A stretch of DNA of 64,000 nucleotides from Perkinsela sp. CCAP 1560/9 (lineage: Eukaryota; Protista; Euglenozoa: Kinetoplastea): assembly GCA_965644495.1 (NCBI GenBank), contig CBFFSA010000007.1:62001-126000 (forward strand), read 5' to 3'. Under the pieces are notes generated by a model that was not told the origin of the DNA, did no database searches, and was given only the letters and a program-made list of their open reading frames with translations. A program made the translations under genes and the position numbers. Positions 10,700-21,977 of this stretch are shown here, piece after piece. The first letter of the stretch is position 1; each line of letters opens with the position of its first letter.

Positions 10700-10991
10700 G
10701 GTTGAGCGGAGATTTCGATGGTGTAAATGGTTTTGTGTATTCAATGCATCGTGTTTGTTGGCTATGGGGGAGTGTGTGTGGGTGGCTCCTCAGAGTGATG
10801 ACTTGCCTAGGAAAGCGATAGAGAGTTCAATTACTTTTCAATTACTTTTTTCAATTGCTTGAGAGAACTGTTTCTATTCGTGGTTAACAGACATTCGTAC
10901 TACATTGACATTACCAGTTTTACTGTATCTTTGAGTACTAAACTTTAAGTACTAAATGCTCTTCGCCCTCCGATAACGAGCCGCATCGTCC

Positions 10992-11825
10992 ATGAGCGCG
11001 ACGGATACGGATGCCATCAGTATTCCTCCCTCTTCTACGACGAATGAAGATGCGATTCCCCGAAAGCACGGCTTCACCCAACCATGGGAGTGGGCCCAGA
11101 TCATTTCCTGGCTTCTTATTGTACTCTCCTTCACCGCATGGTGGCCACTCTACGCGACACAGTGGGAGCTCAGGTCCTCCCTGATTCTATCCGCACTGTT
11201 CCTGATCCTATCGGGTATTACCATTTCACTCTATTTTGCTGCGGGTTTGACCCAAACCGCAGACAAAGGACTGTTTTACGAGGTGCTCCTTGCGCCAACA
11301 AACACGATGGAAACTCAAGTACCCCCAGGAAAGATTTACTGCCCCTATTGTCTTGCATGGGTCTCCTCGAGCTGCAAACACTGTGCATGCTGTGACAAGT
11401 GCATTCGAGGGTTTGACCATCACTGCATGTGGCTCGGGACGTGTATTGGAGAGCGAAACTACCGAACCTTTATGGCATTAACTGTTTCTGCGTTACTTCT
11501 GGTCGCGACGCAAGTCACGGTGAGTTTGATTTTTATTGTACGCAGTTATCAGAATAACTTTGTATTAAGCGAAGGCTCCTGGATACGAAACGTAACGTTG
11601 TACCAAGTGTTTCTTTTTGTCCATCTGATGATAGAAACGGTTTCTTTGTATGCATTAGGAAAGCTTACGTTGTTTCATATTTATTTAAAGGCGACGAATC
11701 ATTCCACATATTCTTGGATCATGAACCAGAGAGAAGCCCGGATAGATGAGAACGTTTACAGACGAAGGAGTACTGTTGGTATCGTAGAGAGATGTATGAC
11801 GTCTTGTTACCGATGCTATGTGTAG
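10992..11825 (+). CDS. DHHC palmitoyltransferase
   Basis: CPYC...KHCACCDKCIRGFDHHCMWLGTCIGERNYRTF, four hydrophobic segments, TTxE-like STYSW, and N-terminal RKHGFTQP. Confidence 0.95.
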   Translation: MSATDTDAISIPPSSTTNEDAIPRKHGFTQPWEWAQIISWLLIVLSFTAWWPLYATQWELRSSLILSALFLILSGITISLYFAAGLTQTADKGLFYEVLLAPTNTMETQVPPGKIYCPYCLAWVSSSCKHCACCDKCIRGFDHHCMWLGTCIGERNYRTFMALTVSALLLVATQVTVSLIFIVRSYQNNFVLSEGSWIRNVTLYQVFLFVHLMIETVSLYALGKLTLFHIYLKATNHSTYSWIMNQREARIDENVYRRRSTVGIVERCMTSCYRCYV

Positions 11826-12045
11826 AGTTCACGGACGTTGTACAACCTTTTTTGACCGTTGGTCTTCCAACGGTTCAAAGGCTTTTGGTTTAAGTCTTTA
11901 AATTGAATCGTGCTCATATTGTAGGTTGCATATTTATGTGCTGTATTTTTTTAAAAAAAACGGGAAGATGTAGAACGCAATTTGACTATTTCTTTCGCAT
12001 TTTGTTTAGAAATTATCGTAAATTTTTGAAGAATTATTCAAAAAT

Positions 12046-12447
12046 ATGCAAGACCCAACGATCGTGTGGAACATTGCCAGGAAACAATCCGCCTTTAAGG
12101 TAAAACGCAATGGAATCACTCGATCCCAAGACTTGCTGAACGCCACCGGGCGATTCCTGCGCGATGATGGGCTGTTTGCCCCGGAAAAGTCACAACCAGT
12201 TAGTTTCGTGCGAGGCGTCGTGAAGGACGGAGACAAACGAAAGAACGTTCTTGTAATTTGCGAGCGCAGAAAGAATGGCACCTTGATAAAGACCCCGTCT
12301 TGCAAGACCAACGCGAAAAGTAAACAAAAATCGGTGCAGAAACAGACAGGAAAAAACCGTTTCATTCACTACGCAGCGCTTAAGGCCTGGAAAGTGGTAC
12401 GTAGTTTGGGTCGCATTGCGGCGAAGAAGTCCGAACAAAGCAATTAA
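12046..12447 (+). CDS. RPL28: 60S ribosomal protein L28e
   Basis: 133 aa, very basic. N-terminal IVWNIARKQSAFKVKR...DLLNATG fits the eL28 pattern. Confidence 0.75.
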   Translation: MQDPTIVWNIARKQSAFKVKRNGITRSQDLLNATGRFLRDDGLFAPEKSQPVSFVRGVVKDGDKRKNVLVICERRKNGTLIKTPSCKTNAKSKQKSVQKQTGKNRFIHYAALKAWKVVRSLGRIAAKKSEQSN

Positions 12448-12707
12448 TTCGAAAGAAATTTATGGAAGAATAGTATTGCGCGTAAGCCTGAAAGACTACT
12501 GAAGCACGTTTTTCTTGTAGAATAAATTACCCATAAAGTAAAACACCCAGGCTGTTTACAGATTGAAAAACACATTGACAAAAATGGTTGGTGCACAAAA
12601 CGATTTAAGTAATGCATTGAAGAAAAACATTTGAGAAGACCAAATCTTGTTTGAACTCGAAAGAAAGTATTCATAGGTCAGACTTTTCTTACATTTCGTT
12701 AAACTGT

Positions 12708-14564
12708 ATGTCTTTCTCGAATGTTGTACGATTGAACGAGTTGTCGGACTATATTGCGCCAAGCCAGGTATGCATTCTACCTCTGCAGAATACTGCTGCT
12801 TCTTCGCCCATTTCTGATGACCCGAAGGATGCAGACTTGAGCTCTGGTTTGGTGCATATGCATCGTAAATCAGCGACGGGGATTGGTGCACAAGAAATCA
12901 AGGAAAGTCGAGCGCGAATTACACTCGCTGACTGCTTAGCGTGCAGTGGATGTGTCACAACTGCAGAAGAAATTCTGATCACGCAGCAAAGTACACAAGA
13001 GGTGGACACTGTTCTTTCACAATTTAAACAGGACATACTTTTAAGAACCGAGCTCGAAGGGACTAGTCCAGAAAGAAATCGGTTTTCTCATCGCATAACG
13101 GTAGTGTCTATTTCGCCGCAGACTGTGGCGAGCCTATGCGCTTTTTACCAAGATGTTCAGCCTTGTGACACATTTTCCAAACTTTATTACTTCCTTACTC
13201 GCATCATCGGAATCGATTTTGTGTGCTCCACAGACTTCGCACAGAAAATTGGACGCTTGCTGACCATGATCGAATATACGCAGCGCTTGCGGAGTAACTC
13301 CCCAAATCAGAGTGCGCTTCCGCTACTGGTGAGCTCTTGTCCTGGGTTTGTTTGCTACATTGAGAAAAAGCATCCCGAACTGCTTCCTTTTCTCTCTCGA
13401 ATTATGTCCCCTCAGGGGATTACGGGAAAACTGCTCGAAGCGTATTTTAAAACCGAATCACGAACGGGTGGTTCTCACCCTTCCTACTACCATGTCTCTC
13501 TGCAGCCCTGTTTCGATCGTAAATTGGAAGCCGCACGTCCCGAATTATCCGAATCTACTCATTGTGTTATTGCCACATCTGAGATTCTGGATTGGATACA
13601 ACAAAAAGATATCGATTGGCACAATCTCCCTGTAAGCGCAATTTTTGATCATGACAACCCTTTGATAGAAAAAGTGGAAGAAGGAGGCGGCAAACATATT
13701 CGGGGTTCACTCCTTGCCTTTTCATTCGACCTACCGATGGATTTCCGTCAATATTTTCCAAGAAGCAATGACAGCGATGCGACTAGGCATTGGCTTCCAC
13801 CACCCCCTATACCTTCTCTCCCATCGACGACAGATCCCAACGAATCTTTAGACAATTCCTTGAACATAAAAATGGAAGGCAGCGGAGCGTACCACAAAGA
13901 TGCTCTTTTTCTTCAAGTTTTTAAGAAAAATTCAGACATTTCTTTAAACGATTCAAAGATGAGGTACCGTACCCGACGTAATGTGCATCACGCGGAGGCT
14001 TACCTTGACTCATCGCCGGATCTCTTCACGACTGTCATGTATGGATTTCAGCACATTCAAAACGTAACGCGTACGATTCGAAATGAACAGCGTCGAGTCT
14101 CATCCACATCCCGATCTCGAGATGTTCTACCGGATGTGATGCGGCGCTATTCGAGCTTTATCGAAATCATGGCCTGTCCGGGTGGGTGTGTCCATGGAGG
14201 GGCGCAGGCACCACAGGAATCCCTTTCATCCGGGAACATATCCCAAATTGCAGATGTTACAACATCTCAAACGGTAGAACAACTTTATTGTATTTGGGAG
14301 AAACAAAATGAGACGTTAGATCAAAGTTGTGACGCGGTGAGTCTGTACGATGTCTTATTGCGCGGTGAGGTTTTATCCAGGCGAGTTACGAATCGAAAAG
14401 ATAAGAGCAGTACGGAGTTCTTGACAGGGGACGAATTGCGGAGCTTCTGTTCGTATTTTTCGACCAATCTCACGAGCCGAGCGATGGCACAGGAGACCGA
14501 CGGTGTAACAGAAAAACAACGGCTAGATAAGATGCCTCCAGGAGCACACACATTAAGCTGGTGA
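12708..14564 (+). CDS. NAR1: cytosolic Fe-S assembly factor Nar1/CIAO3 (Fe-hydrogenase-like)
   Basis: DYIAPSQVCILP, ITLADCLACSGCVT, SSCPGFVCYIEK, QPCFDRKLEA, EIMACPGGCVHGGAQ, and a C-terminal Trp (LSW). Confidence 0.95.
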   Translation: MSFSNVVRLNELSDYIAPSQVCILPLQNTAASSPISDDPKDADLSSGLVHMHRKSATGIGAQEIKESRARITLADCLACSGCVTTAEEILITQQSTQEVDTVLSQFKQDILLRTELEGTSPERNRFSHRITVVSISPQTVASLCAFYQDVQPCDTFSKLYYFLTRIIGIDFVCSTDFAQKIGRLLTMIEYTQRLRSNSPNQSALPLLVSSCPGFVCYIEKKHPELLPFLSRIMSPQGITGKLLEAYFKTESRTGGSHPSYYHVSLQPCFDRKLEAARPELSESTHCVIATSEILDWIQQKDIDWHNLPVSAIFDHDNPLIEKVEEGGGKHIRGSLLAFSFDLPMDFRQYFPRSNDSDATRHWLPPPPIPSLPSTTDPNESLDNSLNIKMEGSGAYHKDALFLQVFKKNSDISLNDSKMRYRTRRNVHHAEAYLDSSPDLFTTVMYGFQHIQNVTRTIRNEQRRVSSTSRSRDVLPDVMRRYSSFIEIMACPGGCVHGGAQAPQESLSSGNISQIADVTTSQTVEQLYCIWEKQNETLDQSCDAVSLYDVLLRGEVLSRRVTNRKDKSSTEFLTGDELRSFCSYFSTNLTSRAMAQETDGVTEKQRLDKMPPGAHTLSW

Positions 14565-14711
14565 AGATATTTTCTTTAAACACGAACGCATGTCCTTTTA
14601 TGTAAATCCTAGTTTTCAAGTAAATTAGTTTCAATTAAGGACATGCAACGATTGCCCACGTTTTGAATTTTATACAAAAAATAACTTTTCCTACACAAAC
14701 GTTATTCTACT

Positions 14712-15281
14712 ATGCGGTCGGTTTGCCTGCACCTCGCCCGACGCAGCGGTGCCTTCCTCCCCTCGCTCCTCCTCCACCACCAGACCCCCACACTTCCGGA
14801 TGGTTTCTCTTTTATCGATACCAAAGTGGAGGATAAAGGAATCACTTCTAGTTTTGAGAACCCGGAGGATATCACGCTTACGCTTACCCGTCAAGATGAG
14901 TGCATTGTACGACAGCAACCCGTACGTGCGATTACGCTACAAACCAACACCGGAGCCCTGGGGGTGCGACCGGGACATGAGTACAAGATTGCTAAGCTCG
15001 TCCCCGGGGTGCTTGCGATTCAGCAAACAGAATCCAGCGCCCCGGAGTCGTATTTCACCTCCGGAGGTTTTGCACAAATCAACAGCGACGGACAGGTAGA
15101 TGTGAATACCGTGGAGTGCGTCCGACTCAGTGATGTCGAGAGCACATATGTGGATACGGAACTCAGTAAAGCCAACGAGGCCTCACGCTCCGCAAAGTCT
15201 GAAAAGGAAAAGGCTCTAGCGGATGTGTCCGTGGGGATTCTGGAGGCGTTGCAAACCGCACTGAAGGAAAACCAGGCGTAA
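14712..15281 (+). CDS. ATP16: mitochondrial F1 ATP synthase delta subunit, kinetoplastid-type
   Basis: GALGVRPGH, YFTSGGFAQIN and VDVNTVEC. The N-terminal LPDGFSFIDTKV...LTLTRQDE resembles trypanosomatid delta subunits. Confidence 0.92.
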   Translation: MRSVCLHLARRSGAFLPSLLLHHQTPTLPDGFSFIDTKVEDKGITSSFENPEDITLTLTRQDECIVRQQPVRAITLQTNTGALGVRPGHEYKIAKLVPGVLAIQQTESSAPESYFTSGGFAQINSDGQVDVNTVECVRLSDVESTYVDTELSKANEASRSAKSEKEKALADVSVGILEALQTALKENQA

Positions 15282-15630
15282 ATGGTGAGTGTTATCAATT
15301 GAGAAATATTTGGTTTTGCATTGAGTTGTCATTTTTTGATCCCCTAGTTCTTATCTTTTGTACGTGTGTGCTCACTATCACCCCCGAGTTCAGTTAAAAA
15401 CAACAGTCTAAATAGGAGATACACGTCAATGGCATGTAAAACTTTGCATTTAAATGGTTTATTGGTGATAACGTGAAAATATTAAAATTTTCGACGTTGC
15501 AGGCATTGCTCAGCTTATATTTCCAAATACTAAATTATTTATGAAAATTAAAATTGGTGCGAAAAATGGAGCTGTGAAATCAGGTACCTCAAAATAACAA
15601 GTAGCGCCCATTCTTAGAAATGAGAACGAG

Positions 15631-18600
15631 ATGAACCACGTGTCAAATATACGTTTCAATGCGTCAAGTCTCGGTAGTACGACTAGTATTTCCCAATTAG
15701 GCAGTTTAACCACGAAGGACGCATCGGTGAGCGGAACAGCACTTCATGTCCTGGAATGCGCAAGACGTAGCGGTGTGCATGTGGATAAGAAAATGTATAA
15801 CGCCTTTCTGAATGCGTTATCACGCAAAACAGTAAAGAAACACACAAGCACGCCACCACGCCGTACCCAAGCCTCTTCTTTTTCGCTTAAACTTCCACCC
15901 GATGCCGCAAAGGAGAAAGCGAGCATCCCATCCCTAGGATCGTGGCACACGTCAGAGAGCGTATCGGAGCACACAGCTATAACAAGGGAATCTTCACGGG
16001 TAACACCGAGCCGTGTGCCTTCCCTGGGTGAGGGGCCAAGTCCCCCTCCGCAGCGAACCAAGACCCCACCGCGAAAACCTCAGACCCTATCGGTTCCTCC
16101 ATTAGGCGAGGGACCGCACGTTACTGTTCTAAGCGTAGCCCACAGTAGAGAGAAAGAAAAAACAACAATGCATTTAGCAGCGGGAGTAGATAAAAGAATG
16201 CACTCTCTTCACTCGTTTATGAACCACAAGGGCCAGTGGAAAAGTCTGGAATTAGACTTGCCATTGAGAAGACCCCCGACTTCGTCCTCAGCTACTGTAA
16301 AAGTACAAGCAGCAAATAGTAATCAGCAAGCGATGGGGGACCAGAAGCTTCAAACCGCTGCTCCCTCAGCGGAACTTGTGGCTTCCAAATCGGGCGTTTT
16401 GAGTTTAGAGCCCTTTAGTAGCCCGAAGAAAGCTTCAGATAAATTGCCTTCCTCAACACGTAAGAAGGCGCTTATAGGAGGACCCGATAAGAATATTCGC
16501 GTGGCACATCTGATGGATGATCCATCTCTGTACAAGAAGGAACAACCCGAGCGAGCGCCTGTCACCGGAAGCGATGAGCTAGCAAGTAAATTGGCGAATA
16601 TTTCAGAGGAATGGAAGAGAAGACAAGACGAGGAAGCGAAACGTCAAGCTGAGGTGTTGGAGCAACGACAAAAGATGGCGGAAGCGATGGAATATAAACG
16701 GAAACTATCCCTGAAAAATGAAAACTGGGTGAAGCGCAGAGGCCTGGCAACAAAGGTCAAGGTAAAAGGGCTTACGGGAGATTTACGTGATGTGGTGTGT
16801 GGACCACTGGAGGGAACGGCTCTAAAAACCTATCAAAGACTCCGAGCTTCGCGCGATGTTTCTGCCGATTGCTATCGCATGTTGTGTTGCCGGTTGAACC
16901 GCCCGAAACATCTTGACATGCTGGCGGACGTTCTTCAAGAAATGGAAGGTTCTGCTTCGAGTGAAATCAACAAGATTGCTCTACGTTTTAGAGCTGGAAT
17001 CAGCCTCCGTATTGCAACGTTGGATCGACTGCTACAATTTGTCGATAAAATGGAGAAGTTGAAGCTTTCCCCGTCGAAAAACATCTTGCGTGTACTCATG
17101 CGACTCTACGTCACAGACAACCCTGTCTCTGGGTGGCAGAAGGCGGTTGAAGTCTATAGCAAGTACAAACCACTGATGCGAGATCCGTTGTGTAGTATGG
17201 AGTTGTACCTTCTTCAGGCAATGTCCATTTCGATTCGAGGAGCCCAACATCAGACCAGGAAGTCAGTCATTTTATCCCTGCATGACCTGTTAAAAACCAA
17301 AATGAATGAGATAGGTAAGCTCCATCACGTTGCCCTTATTCGTGCCTACGGCAGTGTAAGAGATAGTGGTGCTGCGCATTCCATATTAAACCGATACAAA
17401 GATATAGGCGAGGTCGATCAGACGATGTACACCGCCCTTCTTCCCTCCTGTGATGCAGATGCAATAAAAGAAATTACTTCCAAGCTCTTCAGCGAGCCAC
17501 ATCCCGTGGAATCCAACCTGGTTGCCTCCTCCATGATGAGCATGACGGCACGACAATATCCAGATGAGGCATGGAAGATTTATCGCCAGGCATGTTCGCA
17601 TAATGAAGTCCCTATGCACGGAGCTTATCTAGGACACGCTCTCGTGCGAAGTTTGCAAGGCGCAGGCATCACAAAAGAAAATATTCTGGAGACGCACAAA
17701 GTGCTTATTCGAGACGGCTTTTATTCTCATTTGAATCTCACACACATGCTGCAACTACTGAACCAATTTCAACTCTATGCCGAGTCTCTGGATGCCGTCA
17801 AGCATACTCCTCGAATTTATTGGGAAGCAGCAAATTCACAAGCTCTTGAGGCCTACATGGAAGCTCAGAAGAAATCAAGAGGACACATTGATAGCGATAT
17901 ACCGGTTAAGAAAGAGGCCCTACCGACTGAGAGTGATGCATCCCCCTACTCTGAGAAAGAATTACTTTCTATCGAGCCTTCTAAAACCGAAGATTTGGTA
18001 ACAGATGACTCCACACAACTTGCAAGCGAACAAAAGGAGAAAATTCACAGCTATGAACAAAGCCTGATCGAATGCGCGAAGTCTCGAAATTGGATTCAGG
18101 CGCTTGATCTTCTTGAGAACCTCAAGGAGACAAACACAGTTTTAACCGGCCATCACTACAATTGTGCCATCTCTGCGGCCACCACCAATATCGAAATTGT
18201 GGACCATCTCCACAAAATCATGAAATCGCGCAATATCCCCATGAACGCAACCACCACAAACACGATTATCAACTCTCGCTTACGGGTGCAACTCTGGGAG
18301 GAGGCGCTGGTGTCGTTTGAGCACTCCCCGGTCCATCTCCGGGACGTCAGCACGTACTCCATGGCGCTGAATGCGATCTCCCACTCCGACTCGATCTGGT
18401 GCGCCGCCATCCACGTGCTACGCGAGATGGCAAAACACAATGTGCGTCCCACAACGGTTTCTTACTCCATGGCGCTGAATTCGGTTCACTCACACAGCTG
18501 GACGGCCGCGCTTGCGATCGTGCAGTCCATGTCGAGTTCTAAAGGGGTGGAGCTTCGGCCGGCTGTGTTGAGTAAGCTGACGAAGTCGCTGGAAGCCCAT

Positions 18601-18672
18601 GACAAAGGGGAGCTGATTCCACAGGTGACAAAGTGGCTCGTAAAAGGGGGTGGTAAAAAGGGAAATAAGTAG
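15631..18672 (+). CDS. pentatricopeptide-repeat (PPR) protein, probably mitochondrial
   Basis: Repeated PPR-like helices: MYNAFLNALSR, HVALIRAYG, MYTALLPS, HYNCAISA, TTNTIINS, TYSMALNA, VRPTTVSYSMALNS. Confidence 0.85.
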   Translation: MNHVSNIRFNASSLGSTTSISQLGSLTTKDASVSGTALHVLECARRSGVHVDKKMYNAFLNALSRKTVKKHTSTPPRRTQASSFSLKLPPDAAKEKASIPSLGSWHTSESVSEHTAITRESSRVTPSRVPSLGEGPSPPPQRTKTPPRKPQTLSVPPLGEGPHVTVLSVAHSREKEKTTMHLAAGVDKRMHSLHSFMNHKGQWKSLELDLPLRRPPTSSSATVKVQAANSNQQAMGDQKLQTAAPSAELVASKSGVLSLEPFSSPKKASDKLPSSTRKKALIGGPDKNIRVAHLMDDPSLYKKEQPERAPVTGSDELASKLANISEEWKRRQDEEAKRQAEVLEQRQKMAEAMEYKRKLSLKNENWVKRRGLATKVKVKGLTGDLRDVVCGPLEGTALKTYQRLRASRDVSADCYRMLCCRLNRPKHLDMLADVLQEMEGSASSEINKIALRFRAGISLRIATLDRLLQFVDKMEKLKLSPSKNILRVLMRLYVTDNPVSGWQKAVEVYSKYKPLMRDPLCSMELYLLQAMSISIRGAQHQTRKSVILSLHDLLKTKMNEIGKLHHVALIRAYGSVRDSGAAHSILNRYKDIGEVDQTMYTALLPSCDADAIKEITSKLFSEPHPVESNLVASSMMSMTARQYPDEAWKIYRQACSHNEVPMHGAYLGHALVRSLQGAGITKENILETHKVLIRDGFYSHLNLTHMLQLLNQFQLYAESLDAVKHTPRIYWEAANSQALEAYMEAQKKSRGHIDSDIPVKKEALPTESDASPYSEKELLSIEPSKTEDLVTDDSTQLASEQKEKIHSYEQSLIECAKSRNWIQALDLLENLKETNTVLTGHHYNCAISAATTNIEIVDHLHKIMKSRNIPMNATTTNTIINSRLRVQLWEEALVSFEHSPVHLRDVSTYSMALNAISHSDSIWCAAIHVLREMAKHNVRPTTVSYSMALNSVHSHSWTAALAIVQSMSSSKGVELRPAVLSKLTKSLEAHDKGELIPQVTKWLVKGGGKKGNK

Positions 18673-18834
18673 AGAGAATTTCACACCAGGTGAACGGATG
18701 GCATCGATGGGGTTTACGACCAAAGTTTCTGCCTGGTGGCATGCAGAAAAGGAGCTCGAAACGCAGAACAAGGCTTAACAGATGATCTTGCTTTTGGTTG
18801 ATGGATTGCGTTTTCGGAAGGTGTTGTATACACC

Positions 18835-18896
18835 TTGTATAGTGTCGTAGTTTGTACCATAGTTTGTCTGTTGTATAGTGCCGTAGTTTGTACCAT
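18835..18896. repeat. intergenic direct repeat (TTGTATAGTGYCGTAGTTTGTACCAT x2)
   Basis: Two 26-bp copies differing at one base. Confidence 0.85.
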
Positions 18897-19045
18897 TTTT
18901 GACGTTAGCACATGCTAGGACATGTCAGACGACTTAGTTTGTGATTTATCCTTCGCCACTTCTTATGCTTGCCAGCACATTCATGTAGTGTCGTCATTCT
19001 TTTTTTTTTGAATAGCATTTGTGCTATACCTATTTTAAAGGACGA

Positions 19046-21697
19046 ATGACGAGTTTCAATATGATGAATGCGCAGTATGAAGCAATTAGTGGCATTTCAA
19101 CGGACAACTTGGCACCGTACGCCCACGCTCAAACTTCATCACTTTTTCCGTCTCGGAATGAATCTCTTACTGAGCGCGTATTGAGTCGGGGAAGGCAGTG
19201 TCTAACTTCCGGGGATCTTACGGCCGGAGAGGACATGGTTCGAGAATTCCTTCAAATACCCGATTTTGCCGCATCAGAAGCTGTGGCTCGTCTGCACGCC
19301 TGCGTTTTGTGGTCCAAAGGACGAAAAGATGAGGCGCTTCGCAGGCTCAATGGGGCACTGCAACTTTACCCTCATTCCTTACCCTTATTGCTGCAGGATG
19401 CTTCTCTCAGTATCGACAGTGGTTTGTTACACCGAGCATGGAGTCGCTACGTCACTGCTGTAGAACACTACAAGCCGTACTCTCGTGAAGCGATCATAGG
19501 CCTCTCACTCATCTGTTTTATGCGAAACGAGCTGCCTAGCTGCTTAGAAATACTCAATCACCTCGAGGTACCGGAGGAAGAGAAAGTTCTTTTCGAGGCA
19601 TTTCGCCATATAGTACACCGGCTCTTGGATCCGACATCACACTCGGTTCTTGACCTGTCGCGCGTTTCCAACTATTTAAAAAACATAAACAGTAATTCTT
19701 TGTTGCTCTCGTGGTACTTGTGTGAAGCTTGCCTAGTAGCGGGGACGCACGCGATACCGTTCATTCAGGAGTGGATGCTGAGTATGGAACCCAACACGGA
19801 GGCTCTTGCGTATGTAGAGTACACCCTAGGCCGAATGTATCACCAAGCAGGACAATATGCTCTTGCTGAGGCGCACTATGGCAAAAGTCTGCATCTCCAC
19901 AGTGATATTCCGTGTCCTGCGGCATGGGGGGCCTCGGTCACTGGCTTTCTAACCTCTACCGAAACGAATCTTCCCCTGGAGTTGCTTCGAAAACATTTCT
20001 CACTCGATGCGGGAAAGACACTTGCGGCGATTTATTCGCAACAAGATGTACGGAGCGGTCGAGAAATTACTAAGGGGTTGACCCATCGAACTGGAAAATC
20101 AGACCCCGAAAGCTGGGCACTTCGTGGAATGTGTGAAAAAGAGAATGCCGTCGCATCATTGCAGTCTTTTTCAATAGCGAAAAGTCTGTGTCAGGAACCG
20201 AACGAAGTGTTGGGTATGATACTATTGAACATGTGCGCATTGCATTTGGAACAGGGACACGTGCAAGAAGCTCGTGCGTGCCAGGAGGAATATTCAACTA
20301 CAAAGCACTCTGACGACAGTTCGAAATCCGTGCGCCACGAGGAAGATTTTATAGCTGCCTTCAACGCGGCAGCGCTGTTAGTAAGACAACAGTTGTGGAC
20401 CGAAGCAAGAGACGCTTTTGAGAATCTATGCGCGAAGGTGGTCTCTTTAGAAGTTCTCATTTGCCTGGCGATATGCGAAAAACAAAACAACAATGAGGAT
20501 CGCTGTAAGTCCTTATGTCGTTTAGTTCTCGAGCTCGACCCACGTCACACACTTGCGAAAGTAGTACTATGTTCGTTGCACACATTTTCAGGCCCACCCG
20601 TTGAGTTTGGCGACCACAAGGACAAGGTCGGCCATAGCCTTCTATGCCTTATGGAGGGAAACGCCTACTTTGAAGCGCTCCTAAAGCGAGAATCATCCTC
20701 TTCCGATGATATCCCCACAGACTACCCCCTTCGCACCCTTTCCTGCTTTCGAAAAGCCCTGCAGCTCCATCCCACCTGTCTGGCAGCTCAGCACAACACG
20801 GCGTGTGTCTTGGCGCTCTGCGGCGAGTTGAGTAGTGCCCGTATTTTACTCGAGCTGCTCCTCGCGATGCATGCCTCCCCGGAGGCCGACCGACTGATTT
20901 CTCGAAATCTCTGCACGCTCCATCACGTCGATGGACATCTCCATCTCGCGACCTCAGGGTATGAGGAGGAGCTCGCGAGGATGTGCGCTTCAAGTGAACA
21001 TGACTCCAATGGAGCGGCAAGTCCGTATCTCCATATTGGTTTCACCCTTGCGAGTTTATTCGTACAACAAAATCGACTCCGGGAGGCTCGGCAAACGCTT
21101 CAGAAAATTTGTGAAAAAATACCCGACGGGACCGAGAACGTCACTGCGACATTTCAGCTCGCGGCAGTTCGTATCGCGGAGGTCGCAAACGTTGTGGCCT
21201 CTGGGTCGCGTTCCGCGGCACGACCCCCCGAACACTGGAAAGGGCTTTCACGAAAATTAGCCCATGTCAAGCGTACACTGCTGGATTTGTTACAAGCGAA
21301 CAAGCAGCGGCCGACGCTCCCCGACTTAAATTTTCCTCAGCAAGCCATCGAACGCTGTCTGGTGATTACGAAAAAACTGGCAGAAGTGGTCGCGCGGCAT
21401 GTGGTGAAAGTTCAAAAGTCGCATGTCAGGGAGCAGGCCTCCCGGGATCGGTTTAAGGAATTATACGAGCGCTCGCTGACCCAACACGGGAGTGAGAAAG
21501 CCAATGAGAGTGAGAAGGAGAGACAGCAGAGGGAGGTGTGGCAACAGCGCGCGAAAGAGCTCCAAGGTAAGCTCGCCGGGGGACTCTCGTCACAATACGG
21601 TTTTGAGATTCAACCTGAAAGGGGATACGCAGACGTGGGAGAAAGTCAAGATCCGGTAGGCTCGAGCGAGATGTTGGAGATTGACGATAATCCGTGA
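19046..21697 (+). CDS. TPR protein, CTR9 (PAF1 complex)-like
   Basis: TPR motifs such as YTLGRMYHQAGQYALAEAHY. AAFNAAALL...EARDAFENL and RKALQLHPTCLAAQHNTACVLALCG...ARILL parallel the CTR9 C-terminal TPRs. Coiled/acidic tail. Confidence 0.65.
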   Translation: MTSFNMMNAQYEAISGISTDNLAPYAHAQTSSLFPSRNESLTERVLSRGRQCLTSGDLTAGEDMVREFLQIPDFAASEAVARLHACVLWSKGRKDEALRRLNGALQLYPHSLPLLLQDASLSIDSGLLHRAWSRYVTAVEHYKPYSREAIIGLSLICFMRNELPSCLEILNHLEVPEEEKVLFEAFRHIVHRLLDPTSHSVLDLSRVSNYLKNINSNSLLLSWYLCEACLVAGTHAIPFIQEWMLSMEPNTEALAYVEYTLGRMYHQAGQYALAEAHYGKSLHLHSDIPCPAAWGASVTGFLTSTETNLPLELLRKHFSLDAGKTLAAIYSQQDVRSGREITKGLTHRTGKSDPESWALRGMCEKENAVASLQSFSIAKSLCQEPNEVLGMILLNMCALHLEQGHVQEARACQEEYSTTKHSDDSSKSVRHEEDFIAAFNAAALLVRQQLWTEARDAFENLCAKVVSLEVLICLAICEKQNNNEDRCKSLCRLVLELDPRHTLAKVVLCSLHTFSGPPVEFGDHKDKVGHSLLCLMEGNAYFEALLKRESSSSDDIPTDYPLRTLSCFRKALQLHPTCLAAQHNTACVLALCGELSSARILLELLLAMHASPEADRLISRNLCTLHHVDGHLHLATSGYEEELARMCASSEHDSNGAASPYLHIGFTLASLFVQQNRLREARQTLQKICEKIPDGTENVTATFQLAAVRIAEVANVVASGSRSAARPPEHWKGLSRKLAHVKRTLLDLLQANKQRPTLPDLNFPQQAIERCLVITKKLAEVVARHVVKVQKSHVREQASRDRFKELYERSLTQHGSEKANESEKERQQREVWQQRAKELQGKLAGGLSSQYGFEIQPERGYADVGESQDPVGSSEMLEIDDNP

Positions 21698-21977
21698 GTG
21701 TACAGTTTTTGTAGGTACGATAAAGTAATGAGTTGGTCTGCGTGTAGTTTAGCATGCCGCACATCGTTGGTTTAATTTTTCATCATATCTGATATTTTGG
21801 TGCCTTCAACAAGCATTTGAAAGATAGTTCATAAGTTTACTTGCCGCCTGTTTCATATTCAGCCGAGTATACGACTTATCACTTCACGATACAAATGCGT
21901 AGTAAAAGGAATTTAAGAGTTTTAGCCCAAATACTTTAACTGTAAAACATTACAATAGAATATTAGCATTTAATTCT

